From the NCBI GenBank assembly GCA_013265495.1, contig MU062317.1, positions 930,001-994,000 on the forward strand: DNA of 64,000 nt, in the 5' to 3' direction. This document shows, piece after piece, positions 49,415 through 62,151 of this stretch. Both the position numbers and the translations under genes were made by a program. A model generated the notes under the pieces. That model searched no databases and was not told the origin of the DNA. It was given only the letters and a program-made list of their open reading frames with translations. Origin of the DNA: Vicugna vicugna. Its lineage: Eukaryota. Positions within the stretch are counted from its first letter, which is position 1. Each line of letters starts with the position of its first letter.

Positions 49415-49915
49415 GAGCTTGACTCCTCGGGGTCCCCCCGCAGAATTGAAAACAGGAACACAGGTGGGTGAACACAGCAGCAGCGTCACCCGCAGTGCCC
49501 CCACCGGGGGGAAACAGCCCAGGTGTCCATCCACGGAGGAGAGGGTCAACCAGTGTGGTCCATCCACACCACGGAATGTCATCCAGCTATTTTAAAAAAG
49601 GATCGCTGACCCAGGCTGCACCGTGGACGGGCCTTCGACACCACGCTGAGTGAAGGGAGCCAAACACAAAAGGCACATGTGGTGTGATTCCGTTCATGGG
49701 AAACGTCCAGGACAGGCAAATCCACAGGGACCAAGATGAGACCGGTGGGGGCGGGGAAGGCCGACTGATGGGCGTGGGGCCTCCTTTGGGGGAACAGAAT
49801 GTCCTGGAAACGGAGGTGGTGGCTGCACACCTTTGTGAGTGAGCCCCATGCCACTGAATTGCACACTTTCAAATGATTAGTTTTACGTGATGTGAATTTC
49901 ACCTCAATAAAAGTA
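49415..49915 (+). mobile_element. Ancient LINE-1 3' end (L1MB/L1MC-like), antisense to PRDM16
   Basis: Colinear match to the recalled L1M 3' UTR: ggaaacagcccaggtgtccat, ctgagtgaagggagccaaacacaaaaggc, gtccaggacaggcaaatccacagggac, ccactgaattgcacactttcaaa, ending tgtgaatttcacctcaataaaa with AATAAA at 49906-49911. Confidence 0.85.
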
Positions 49916-50139
49916 AAGAACTCAGAAGTGGGGGGGCAGAGGGGAGGGCGGGGTGGGGGGCGCGGCCGGCCGAAGCTGACCTCTGACCCAGATGCTTCCA
50001 CCCAAGTCACTCCTTCTGCGCTGGTTTGAAAACCTTAGAAAGTGACCCAAACGCTGTGGTCACTCTGGCCGCGGGCTCAGGCCGCCTCCCTGCTCCCTGA
50101 CGGCGGCCGCCGAATAGCTCGTCTCCAGGGAGACAGGGA

Positions 50140-50800
50140 CTTTTAAGCGCAAGGAAAATGACTTCAGATTCCTCGCGCTCGTTGCCAACAGATCCGCTCG
50201 AGAAGTAACAAAATGTTTTCTCTCAAAAGAAACCAAAGTCCTGGGGGGAGAAAAAGCCATGGGGATGACACTAATTTAGCCGCATTCGCAGACGTCATTC
50301 TGATGTTCCAAGCGGCCGGCAGTGCCTTTCTGACTCGTGGGACTCTCTCAGGGACTGAACCGCAGAGCAGCAGCGGGCGCGCCCCTGCCCCACCCCGAGG
50401 CCTGAGGCCGGCTCGGTTTGGGAGGACGCCCCCGTACCCCCAACCCTGGCTGCACGCGCGCTCGCTGGAGGTGGCGCGGGGCCCCAGCGCGCCCCCCGGA
50501 CGGCAGGCCCGACGCCCGGCCCCCGGCACGGCGAGGACCGCGGACGCCGCGCGGGTGCAGGCTGCCGGGCAGAGCAGGCCGTGCCCCCTCCCGTGCGGAC
50601 CCACCCCAGGGCTCCTTTTGGGGCTTTTGTGTGCATGTGTGTGTTTTCTGTTTGAATTCTACTTCCCAAAACTCCTCACCTACGGGAGGAAAATCAACGC
50701 TTGAAGGGCGTGTTTAATTTACTGGCCGAGCAAACAGCTTAGGAGAGAAAGGTGGTGTTTCCTGCTGATTAAAGGAGCGCTGTGCCTCGCGGGCCTCCAC
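50140..50800. promoter_or_regulatory. CpG-rich core flanked by AT-rich blocks; candidate intragenic promoter or enhancer
   Basis: Dense CpG/GCGC stretch at ~50330-50600 between motif-bearing AT-rich segments, ~2 kb upstream of exon 2 in gene orientation. Confidence 0.35.
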
Positions 50801-53800
50801 CCCTACCGCGGTCACCGGGGTTAAGTGATTGCCCGAAGCCGCCAGGAAAGCCCAGACTGATTCTGCTGCGCCCACTGCCCGGGGAGCGGGGGGCTGGGAG
50901 GAGGCCTGGGAGTGTGCAGAGAGCACTTGGAGAAAGCGGGTGCAGCGAGCAGCCCCTGAGGCCCCACAGCAAGCCGCTGGAGCCCGTGCACGGGACAAGC
51001 AGACGGCCGCCTCCCCGGGGACCCTGAGCCATCTGCCCTCGGCCACGTGCTGCAGCCAGGCGGCCCTCGGGGTCGGCCAGCTCAGCAGGAGCTCCGGGCC
51101 CTGGGCTGGCGGGCCTTTCTGGAGAGTGGGCATCGTGGCCCCTGGTCCCTGCCCCTGCCACTCAGGCCTGTGACGGCTGGCACAGTCCCAGCAGGTGCTC
51201 TCAGGACGGCCGGAGTGCGGTGCCACGAACGCGAGCTCTGTATGACCTTGGAAACATAGGCCGTGTCACCATGTGTTACTTACTTGTTGGGAGACCGAGG
51301 ACCTTCCCTGGGGTTTTTAGGCTCAGGGTTCACAGCTGAGTCCATCAGCCCCCCAGATTCTTCTGGGAGACCGACCCCAATAATAAATGCGGGGGGTGTG
51401 GGCGGTGACGGGGCAGGAGGAGAGCCCCGGCCCCGGGGCTCGGGCCTGGTCACACCTGCGGCACCCTTGCTGAACTTCGTGCCCAAGCCCCTGTCATACA
51501 CGGTTCGCCCTGTGAGTGGTGGCCACCCGGTCTCACCAACGGGTCAGAGGAGTGAAGGGCCCCAGCTGCTCCCGGCGCTGACCTGGGCCCTCCCCTGCCC
51601 CCCGAGCCCCTGTAGGCTGGGTCTCCTTGCTCCCACCACTGCAGCCTTGTCCGCCTCTTGCCCAGCCCCCCGAACTGAAGGCACCCCGCCGCCCCCAGAG
51701 AGCCGCATCCAAATGTCGGAACTGTGGCCAGGATTTCAGGGGCTGGAGAGAGAGGGTGCGCAGCCGGCGGCGGCGGAGGGTCCCTCGGTAGAGTTCCCGT
51801 GGGCAGACGGCCCCGCTGTGGTCCGACAAGCGGCATCTCGGGGGGCAGGACCCGGGAGTAAAGACCACAGGCCCTTCCCCAAGCACCAGCTCCTGGCTGC
51901 TCGCGGCCCTGGGACCGGGCGGATTTTGGTCTTGGTCCGCGGCCGGGGGAGCGTGAGGGGGGTCCTCTGAGTCAACACGGGGCTTCCTCCGGTTCCTCCC
52001 TCACTGTGTGGTGGGCTTTTTAGGAGAAGCCATTAAACCGTGCAGGGCGCCAGCGGAGGTGACAGGCTGCCCCAGGAGCTGGGAGTGAGTGGCTGTGTGG
52101 GAGACAACACATGTGTGAGTGTGTGCGTGTGGTGATGTGGGACGCGCATGTGCACGTGTGAGTGCACACACGGGTGAGTCTGTGTGTGAGAGTTGGCCGT
52201 GAATCCTGACAACAGGCCTGAGGCGGGGGCGACATTGCTGCACTCTGCCTGGAGACCTCTGAGAGGAAGGGAGGAGAGGGTCCCTCTGCGGCTCCCCCCC
52301 AACTGTCTACGGGCCGAGAGGGGCCCGGGGGGCATCCCAGTGCAGCCTGCGGAGACGCGGGTGTCACGGTGGACGTGACATCATGTGTGCCTCCCAAGAC
52401 TGGCTGCTACCAGAAGACGATGCTTCGGTGTTCCTTCCTAAAAGCCCACGGATGCTAGCCTTCCAGGGCAGGTTGTCAGTGCTGGCCCCGCCTCCAGGGA
52501 GGGCGCCGAGGGGTGCAGACCCCGGGCGGTGAGCAGGGCTTAAAGGGGATCACTCAATCTGCCCAAATCTGGGCCTTTCCTGGGAGGCTCCGCTGGGCTC
52601 CTTGGACCCTGAAAGCTGCTGGAGGCACCACGCGGCACCTCAGGAGGGCCCCGGGAGCCGGGAGGCCAGTCCTGAGAGAGGCCCACCGGGCGGGGCAGGC
52701 AAAGCAGTGGGCAGGGCCAGCTCGGGCCCGCGGGGGACACGAGGGACCAGCAAGGTACAGTCAGACCCGACGGGCGGGGCCCCAGAAACGGCCCGGCCTG
52801 CCCTCCTTTCCCCCCAGAGCACCTGCCTCCTGGGCAGCCCACCTTAGTGATGGTGAAGCAGAGGCCCAGGGAGCTCGCGCGCTGTCCCCAGCGAGGGGCA
52901 GAGCAGGGGGAGCCCCCACCCCAGTAGCCTGGCTCCCTGCACTCAGAAACGTGTGCCAGCCCTGTCCCGGGGCCCTGGTGCCCAGACTCCAGCCCCCGGC
53001 TGGCAGGCTGCCCTCCAGAACCACCGGCTCAGAGGGGCTTCTCACTGGGGCGGGGTGCTCCACGTCACCCCACGGCCACCGGGGCAGAGACGCCGGGCAC
53101 AGGACACAGTGTGCTCGGAGGAGGCACCTGGTCAGTTTGAGAACGGCGCGGAGGTGAGTTCTGCCCGATGCTGGCTGGGCTGTGCCCCACAGACGCCAGC
53201 AGAGCTTCCTCCCGCCGCGGGCCCTCACCCGTGAGACACCCCCTTCCGCCCCCGGAGGAGAAACACGGGCCCCGCGTGGGGGCAAACCTGAAAACCCCTC
53301 CAGGCCTGGTTTTCTTTCTGGCTAAACCCTGTCTCACCCGCTCATCTGGGTTTGGCAATGAAGGTGGGCACGTGAACGTCGCAAGTGGGCAGTGGGGCTG
53401 TGGAGGCTCAGGGACCATCAAGCTGGCCTGGAGGGGGCTGGCCTAGGGGATGAGCGGCTTTACCTGTGGGCCCTCGCCCCCCCTGCCCCCGCCCCCGCCG
53501 CGACAGCCTGTCCGACGGTCCTCTCGGGGTCAGCGGGTCAAAAGCAAGTTGTTCTCTGCTGACTTGATGCTAAGGGCATCGCTGCCCCCACACAGGGGAG
53601 AAGAGGCCCTCAGAAGAGACAGGAGCAGAGGGGCCCCTGGGAGCTGCCCAGGACGGGGCCTCGGGCCCCGGCTGTGGCTCCCGAGCCAGCGGCTGTGCTG
53701 GACGTGAACTCGGTTTGCTGACAGAGCCCTCACAGCAAGGATGAGCCGAGGCAGACTCTGCCAGGCCCTGCGAGGCCAGCTGGTCCTGGGCCCTCGGCCT

Positions 53801-55533
53801 TCGCCCACTCCCCATGGACCTGGGATGCTCAGCCCTGCCCAGGGAGGACACGCGGGCTGACGGCCGCCTGGCCCGGGTGGCCGCCTGCTTCCTGGCTGCA
53901 CGGGTCCACCCTGCCCTCCGCGGCTGGCCGGGTCACCGCACAGACCCCCTTCCGGAGCGGAGAACTTCTTCGTGTAAGTTCGAATCAACGCGCCCTCCCC
54001 AGGCAGTGCTGGCAGCCTCGCAGCGGGTGGTGTGACGGCCAGGCCCAGGCACGGGGCTCAGCTTCTTCCCCAAAGCTCCTGACCACCACATCTCTCTCTA
54101 AGAATGTATTCGGGGCTGAAAATTGTCACAGACGTCCTCCCCAGTCAGGGACACGCCCCGGTCAGGTCGGGCCGCTCTCCAGCTTTTCAAGCCACCCCCT
54201 TCCTGGAGCCCCACGAGGCACAGAGCAGGCCCCAAGCCGGGAGCTTCCCTGGCAATTCCACACCCAGCGACCTCCGAGCCCGACAGCCCCGGGCACTTGC
54301 AGGGCTGCAGTCCCTGGGTCCCACCCAGACCCGCCTGACCTGAGCCTGAGCAGGACTGGACCAGCCTGGGGGGGGGCCCCCGGTGGCTCAGCCAGGGCGA
54401 GGGGTGGCCTCGTCCACCTGAAGTGCCCACGTGGTCACAGTGCGTGCCGGGGAGGCCGGGCTCAACCCAGAGGGACCACCGAGCCTCCTGAAATCTTCCA
54501 AACTATACCCGCAAACCTGGACCAGCACCCCGCCCACCACTTCCTGACCCATCCCAAACAAGCCCGAAGACGGGCTGCTGAGCAGGAGAAAAGCGACCCT
54601 CATCACACTTCCGTGACCCCTCCAGCCTCACACACGTTTGTTTCCAGCAAAGGAAGGAAGAGGTCCTGCTGAAGCTGCGTCCCGGCAGAGCCCCGTCCAG
54701 GCCCGGCTCATCCAGGGCCGTGCAGGGCTGTGGGGGGCTTCTCGAGGGCTTCCCGAGGCTGGGGAAGGGGCCAGCCCCAGACCAAGCTGCTTGCTTTCAT
54801 TCAAGAGGTTTTTGGGTGAGATGGGGCACACGCGGCAACAGTATGTCCGCGTTCCTCCCTCCCTGGGGTCACCAGGAGGGAGAGAACCCACTGACCGTCC
54901 GGGAAACGCTCTGTCGTGTCTCAGTGCGACCAGGCCTGGCCACGCCTCTCACGTGTTTTCAGTTTGAAGCCCCCTACGCAGAGGCCGCTGGGCACGAAGG
55001 CGGGGCCGCCAGGAGGGGCCGCCCCCCCACCCCCCTCTGTGTGGGCCCACGTCTGAAGTCCTCATCACATCGACCAGCAGCGAGGACCCCAGACCACAGC
55101 CGCTCTTGGGGAGATGCAGGCTGGAGCATGGCACGCCCCCACACCCGAGGCCAGCCGGAGATTCAACGTCCAGGCAGCGTTTGGTCCAGCAGGCCTCTCA
55201 GAGGCAGTATCTAAAAGTTATAGTTCAGCTCGGTTCAGCTTATAAAAGAAACGTGGCAGTAGAGGTGAGCCCGGTGGGGGGACAACGCCCCATCATAGCT
55301 CGGAGACGGGGGCATCCCTGGGCGGCTGCATGGCCGCTCGGTTCTGGAACTGTCCAGGAGAGCCTTTGAAAGCTATCAGGGACCTAGAGGTGGGCCTGGT
55401 CAGAACGCTGTCTTCTCCGAAGTTCTGTTGGCCACTGTGTCCCAGGAGGTGATGGGGCCCAGGGAGCCAGCTGCCAGCACTGTGGCTGCTCTGATTCTAG
55501 CCAAGGCCGCATAAGGGAGGCAGAGATGTGACT

Positions 55534-55615
55534 CTGCCCGTTTTGTACATCATGGAAGGGAAGTTCAGGGAGCAAGAACTTGCTCAAGGCTGACAGCTAG
55601 TCAGGGCTCAGCTGG
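55534..55615 (+). mobile_element. MIR SINE fragment
   Basis: cccgttttgtacat...aagaacttgctcaaggctgacagctagt resembles cccattttacagat...aacttgcccaaggtcacacagctagt. Confidence 0.55.
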
Positions 55616-55757
55616 AAGCCTCTCAGACAGTCATGATTCTAAAGCTCTCAGACCCTGTATTACACAACTCGATGTTCTCACTGCGGTGAGAAAACACCTT
55701 AAAAAGTGTCTGGCGTTTAGTGATGGCCTTCCTCATGTCCAGAGAAGATACACAGGA

Positions 55758-56478
55758 AATGAATGGATAAATTCATGGGTGGATGGATGGGTCAGTGGAT
55801 GGATAGATGGGTGGGTGAATGGATGGACAGACGGATAGGTGGATGAATAGATATGTAGATGAACAGATGGGGGGACGAATGGAGAGATGAGTATGAAGAT
55901 GGATGAATAGGTAGATGGATGGGTGGCTGGTGGTTGGATGAATTAACGGTGGATGGACGGTGGATAGTGGATGGATGGATGGTGGTTGATAGTGGATGAA
56001 TGGGTGGGTAGACGGATGGTAGATGAATGAAGGATGGTGGACAGTGGAGGGATGGTGAATGATAGATAAATGGATGAGTGGATGAATGGCAGAATAATGG
56101 TGGATATTGGACCAAGGATGGATGGATGGTGGTTGGTGGCAGATGAATGAATGGGTAGATGGGTGGTAGAATAATGGTGGATGGTACATGGATGGTGGAT
56201 GAATGAAGGATGAGTGGATGGTGGCTGGTGGCTGGATGGTGGATGGTAGATAAATGGATGAGTGGACAAATGGTGGATGGACAGTGGATGGATGAATGGT
56301 GGATAGTGGATGGTGGATGGACGGATGGATAGATGGATGAATAGATGGATGGATGAGAGGGTGGATAGAAAGATGAGTAGGAAGATGAATGAATGGGTAG
56401 ATGGATGGTGGATGGACGAAGGATGGGTGGATGACGGTGGATGGTGGGGGAAGGTGGAGGGACGGTGGGGGGACGGAA
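55758..56478. repeat. Degenerate (TGGA/TGGTGGA)n simple repeat, ~720 bp
   Basis: Dense tggatggatgg/gatgaatgg repeats with a G-rich plus strand; it explains the HPSI-rich ORFs. Confidence 0.95.
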
Positions 56479-57887
56479 AGGGCAATTTTTAATGAGATAG
56501 GTGGAAAGAGGAAACCCTCACCCGACTTGACTTTCCGTCCCTGAGGGTGAAGCCCCATGAACAGGAATCCTGAGTCTGGTTAATCTGAGCCAAGACTCGG
56601 GCTTGCCTGGCCCAGCCCCCAGCTCCTGGGAGAGGGCCGCCTTCTCTCCCGCTGCGCCAGGTGGCCTGCCTGCTCCAGCATTCGCGGGCGGGGTGGCACA
56701 TCTGTGATTCTGGGGTTCAGCTGCAGGCCCACCTGGCCCTCTCACCTTCCACCTGAGCCTTTTTGGAGAAACAAGGTGGGACTTTGGTTCCGGACCCTTG
56801 TTTTACGTCCTGAACCCAGCAGGGAGGAGTGCCGTGCACCGTGCCCTCCAGAGACCCCCCTACAGTTCCCCGCACCCCAGAGCCTACAAAGGCCCGTGAT
56901 CTGTGACTGTCATGAGGATCATCTCAGCCACTGCTGGGGGCCAGAGAGGGGGGACAGAGGGACGGATGGACACACTCAGTTGAGCTGGGTCTACGGAAGC
57001 CACCGGATAAAGTGGTGAAATGAGATGCTCTTATTTAGAACTGAAGATTTCTGTGCAGACACTTTTCTGTCCAGTGCAACAGGCGAGGGGACACCCCCTC
57101 CTCAGTGGACGGGCTCTCGGGCCGCAGAGCCACTTCGGGAAACAGTTTGCTCGAAAGAGAAACTTGGGGATTGTCCCCAGCCTTTAATCAACCACAGCAC
57201 TGCGGTGGCCTCTCCCCCGCCGCGGGCCTTGGCTTAAGACAGGAACAACGCGCCTTCACTCCAGGACAGCCTGCCGGGAGCCGCGCCGCCCGGATCCCGC
57301 TGCCTGACCAAGCTGCCCGGACTGTGGCCGCCGCCACACCACTGCTCGCCGGCTCCCCGCCTCCGCCAGCGCCCAGCAGCGCCGAGCCGAGCCCAGGGAT
57401 CAGCACGGCTATCATCACCAAAGCAGATTAACAGCGCCGAGGAAAGACGTTCCCGCAAACATGCTGAATATTAATACTAGTCAGTGGCCATTCATATTCC
57501 CAAACCCCCGCCGGGGATCTGGCCCACAGGGACCGGAGGGCAGCGCGTCCCAGCTGTGGGGCCGATGGGGCTGAACTGTCATTAGGGCCTGGGGAGGTGC
57601 AGTGTGGCGCCGGCCGGCGTCTCTCTCACCGGCCCAACCCCTGCCACCCCTGCAAGGGCCCAAGGTGCGGAAACCTCCTGAACAAAGGTGCAGGCCCCCG
57701 CCCTGCGCCCCATCCCGACGAGACAGTGGCCACGTTCCTGGCCACTGTCACAGGCAGGCACTTCTTTTGTGTCAACCAGGGAGCTGGTGCTGGCGGATGC
57801 AGATCCCTGACTCGGCGGGGGCCCCACTGGCCTCACTGTCTCCTGTCACCAGGATGTCATCGGGATGGCTCGTGCAGCTCCCGAGGC

Positions 57888-58172
57888 TGTTACGGCTCGA
57901 ACTGTGTCCCCACAAAAGATATGGTGATGCTCCAACCCCCGTACTTGTGACTGTGACCTGATTTGGAAAGAGGGCCTTTGTGGCTGTGATCACACCAAGA
58001 TGAGGTCATCGGGGTGGCCCTGGCCCAGTGGCGGGTGTCCTGATAAGACCAGGGGGACGAGACACACAGAGAGACGCTCGGGGGAGGAGGGCCACGCGAC
58101 AGCGCAGGCCTCTAGCACTGTCTGCTGCTTTAAGGTCCCTGCTTTGGGGCACTTTGTTACAGACATAAAGAA
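57888..58172 (+). mobile_element. MLT1 (ERVL-MaLR) solo LTR with an internal deletion
   Basis: Starts tgttacggctcgaactgtgtcccc; contains gtgacctgatttggaaagagggcctttg, aagatgaggtcat and ggtgtcctgataaga; ends with the MLT1 3' block ctgctgctttaag...actttgttac. Confidence 0.8.
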
Positions 58173-59265
58173 GCAGGTGCAAAGAGCAAGGCTGGAGGGC
58201 CCTGACCAGCGGCGGAATGTGGCCCCGGGGCTGCTGTCAGCCCCCAGGCCCCCCACCAGAAGCCCCCGCCTGCCCCTCTGCTCCTCGTCTGTCCACAGCG
58301 CCAAGGAGCAGGTCACGGTCTACCCGTCTTGTGGGTGAAGAAACTGACGCCCAGAGGAGGAAGGACCAGGCGAGCCCTCTGCTGGGACTGGGGCCCCCAG
58401 AGCCCGCGGCGCAGCCTGTCCTGCAGGCGAGTCTTCAGCTGCTTGCCGGCCGCTGCCAAGCTCAGCCGACCTCAAGGTCACAGTCACCTCCCCGGCCAGC
58501 CCGCGGCTCTGAGAGAACTGAGAGGCAAGACAGGGAACCAGGAGCTGCTCCTGTCCCCTCACCGCTGCCCCCACCACTCGCGAGGCAGGCGGTGAGCCCT
58601 GGGGGGGCCTCCCACGGACCCCCGCGCCCTCCTCAGGACCCTGCCAGCAGCCTGGCCCCCGTGCTGCGGGGCTGCTCAGGGACACCCCACCCCAGACCCC
58701 CACTGTCCAGCCGAGCTGACGCAGGGCTGCGAGGGGCTCTGCCTGCAGCCCAGACCACCTGGCCCTACTTAAAGCCAGCGCATTATTCCAAGACGATTAC
58801 TTCCCCGCGCGGTGCTCAGGGGACGGCGGCATGCCTATTCCAGGCCCCGCGCCCCCATTTCCTCACTGCCTCCACCGCCCCGGGCAGGCTCTGGATGACT
58901 CGTGAGGCCACTGTAATTTTTATCAAGGCTTGTTCCTGAAAAAAAGCCTCTTTGTTTCAGAGAGATGTGATCTGGCCTTTTTTCTTCCTCTGCTTTTATT
59001 CCTTGGTTAATATACCACTTCCCTGAGCCCCCGGGGCAGCGAGGTAGCCCACGGATTGCTCAAATCTCACTGCTTTTCTTCTAAATGACAGCTGACTCAC
59101 CCTGGCCCCTGCGCTAAGCACTGAGTGAGCTGGCGGCCAGTGGGGGTGCCCCTCACGCACCAGAGGGGTCCCGGGCCCCAAGACCCCCTCCGCTATCGAG
59201 GGAGGTGGACGCTCCACACCATCCCTGTAACCTCACATCTGGCAACGCCAGTGTGCTTTTCAAAA

Positions 59266-59770
59266 ACTTGAGATAAAACACACACAACATAACATTTACC
59301 ACCTCAACCGTTTTCAAGGGCACAGCTCAGGGGCATTGGTCACGTGTCACAGTGCTGTGCAACCAGCCCCACCGCCACCTCCAGAACCTTCTCACCTTCC
59401 CAAACTGAAACTGTCCCCAGAAACACCCACTCCCCCCCCCTCCCCAGCCCCCGGCCCCCACCCTCCTGCTTCCTGTCTCAGTGACTCTGACTCCTCCAGG
59501 GACCTCACAGAGGTGGGACGGGAAGGACTGGTCCTTCTGCGACTGGCTGACTGTGCTCAGTGGGTGGTTCCCGAGGGCCACTCATGTGGCAGGTGTCAGA
59601 ACCTCCTCCCTTTTCAAGGCTGAATGATATTCCATTGTGCGGGGGGACCACATTGTTTTGTTTGTTCATCTGACAACAGACCCTGGGGTTGCTCCCACCT
59701 TCTTGGCAATCGTGAGGAGTGCTGCTGTGAGAGCAGGCGTGCCAGGATCTGAGTCCACGGTGCTTTGAGC
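59266..59770 (-). mobile_element. Ancient LINE-1 3' end (L1MB-like)
   Basis: Reverse-complement L1M 3' UTR landmarks: ttgagataaaacac, gtgctgtgcaacc, ccagaaccttctcacc, cttcctgtctc, ggctgaatgatattccattgtg, ggggttgctcccaccttcttggc, gtgctgctgtgag. Confidence 0.85.
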
Positions 59771-61712
59771 ACCACCAGAACCCCCCAGAAAGAAGGTTCT
59801 CACAGGCTGTTTGCCCAAAGGGAAACTGGCTTCCCGCTGTCGGCCCTCACCCAGACCCGGGGGTCTCCCTCTCGCGCCGTCCTGGCTGACTCTCGGGTCC
59901 GACAAACACAGACAGGCTCTCCTGCCCGTAAGCCTTGGATGCTCTCTGGACCTCAGCCCCCAAGCCCCGTAAATGGTGGGGTGTCCAGCCCTCCGGGAGG
60001 TTCAGAGCGCCAGCGCACATGCCTGTGAGGACGCCGCTCCCCGCACTGTCACCGTGTGATTGCCAGGTGGCCTCCAGTCTCGTGAGGTGCGCCACGGCCC
60101 CAGCCATGCCCATGTGCACCTCTCAGACGGTGGGGACCCCATTCTGCTGGAGGGGGCAGGCTTGGAGGCCCCCCAGAGAGTGGGGCTTTGCTCTCTGGGG
60201 CTGAGGGCAGCCGGGGGAGTTGGGATCTGGGGACACCTCATCCAAGCTCGGCTCTGGGGGACGTGGAGACGGGGGCGGCCTCCTCCACTGGAGGGTCCTC
60301 CGGCTCCTCTCCGGCTCAGCCAGCTTTGCTGAGGCCGCAGGGCCCGAGGGCCATGGACCGAACAGGTGGAGGAGGAGGAGCCCAGAAGGGGTGTGGCTTG
60401 CTCGGGCTGCGGAGGGCGGCCTAGGCGGGATGCGGGTGGGGAAGGGACCCCAGCACCCACAGGCACACTGAGGGGCGGCCACCTCTGCTGGCTGCGGGCC
60501 AGCAGGGTGCAGAGGGTTTGGGGGGGGGCGAGGCCGAGGTCCCAGGGAGGCTCTGCAGGTGGGCCCTGGGGGTTGCCACCAGAGCAGGACATCCAGGGCA
60601 GCTCGGGCTCTGGGGCGCGCGCAGTGGAGAGGATGCGCCTGGTGGTGTCTGCTCTCCGCCGTGTCTCCTCCCATCTGGGCAGCACTGCTGAGGAGAACGG
60701 GTTACCCCTGAGCAAGCACCCAGACAGCACTCTATCTGTGGGCATGGTTCTCTGCTCAGTGCCCACCAGCCCCGCCTGGGGCTCCATTCACAGGCCATGC
60801 AACTCAGCACGCGAGCGGACAGGCTGCCCCAAACAGAAATGGCCCAAGGAAGAGAGTGGGTGGAGGGTGCCTCCCTGGGGTCCTGGGGGGACTGGGGTGC
60901 CCGTGGAGGCTGCAGGAGGGGCCAGGCTCCAGGCAGGTGGGCAGGGGAGGAGACGGGCCTGCTTAGACATCATCAGCCAGGCATTTGGGAGGCAAGACCC
61001 CTTCCTCCTGGACGTCTGCTTGGCGGGCTCTGCCGCAGACAGAGGGAGGCTGGGCCTCCCAGCACCTCTGGCTGCTCAGAATAATTGGGCCAGAGGAGGG
61101 GTCCGAAGTGTGCATCTGCCTCCAGCCCTGGGGATGGGGTGGCCAGCGGTGGGCAAGGGTCCTCCGCCCCTGCCCTCCCTCCCCTGAGGCTGCCTAGCCC
61201 CCTGCCCTGCCCTCCACCCCGTACCACCAGGAGTGGGGAGTTGCTCAGGCTGAGCCCCTTCAAGGCCCCTCAGAGGCCAGGACTGGGGACTCAGGGCCAC
61301 CCGGGTACCCACAGGAAAGTAGGCCTTCTTGTGTGTCAGCTCTTGGGGGGCCGGGAAGACCCTCCCTGTTACTGCACGGCCCCCTAGTTGCCTCTGCTCC
61401 CCTCCCTAATGCTGCAGACAGGAGGGACGAGGGGTCAGCTGGGGGCACCCCGTCCTCTGGACCAGAGAGCCTGCGGCAGCCACAGCCCCTCTCCCGCAAC
61501 CCCACAGCCTGCAGACCCTGGGGGGGTGCCCACGTCTCCCACTCCCCCCCAGAGTAGCCTCCAGCTTCAGCCACCACCAACCTGGCACCCAGCCAGGCCC
61601 CGCCGGCCTCTCCCTGTCCTGATAAAGACATTTATAGTTTTAACCATCAAATAAAGTGCTCGACTCCGCCAAGCCTGACCCCCAGCTCAGCCACTCCGCA
61701 GCTTCATTTAGC

Positions 61713-61842
61713 NNNNNNNNNNNNNNNNNNNNNNNNNNNNNNNNNNNNNNNNNNNNNNNNNNNNNNNNNNNNNNNNNNNNNNNNNNNNNNNNNNNNNNNN
61801 NNNNNNNNNNNNNNNNNNNNNNNNNNNNNNNNNNNNNNNNNN
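61713..61842. other. Assembly gap (130 N)
   Basis: A run of N characters. Confidence 1.
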
Positions 61843-62151
61843 GCGCTCTCCACATACATCACCCGATTACGCGGCGCGCGCGGGCCGCAGTCATTAGGCA
61901 GTGAATTAACGACGGTCCCCACCACTATTAATCACCCTGACAAAGGCGTTAGCGCGCTGCTGACCCGAGCGCGGCTGGCCGGGACCCGCCGCCCGAGATC
62001 CCGCCTTGGCCCGCGGTTTTCTTCCTCAGTAGCTGCTTTACTCTGTCACCCACCTTGTCCGGGCGGCGGCCAGCACCAGTGTGCCTGCCAGGAGGTCGGC
62101 ACCAGTGACCCTGCGTGTTCCCCGAGACAGCCCAGCATCGAGGCCCACTGT

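Noticed and set aside
49495-49512. CTCF-like motif
   Set aside because: It mismatches core positions and lies within an L1 fossil; GC-rich DNA produces many such partial matches.
55773-56558. 261-aa HPSI-repeat ORF
   Set aside because: It is a translation of the (TGGA)n simple repeat.
49415-59770. Inverted pair of L1 3' ends as a possible dsRNA or circularisation element
   Set aside because: The copies have diverged independently and are ~9.4 kb apart, so stable pairing is unlikely, and no exon lies between them.
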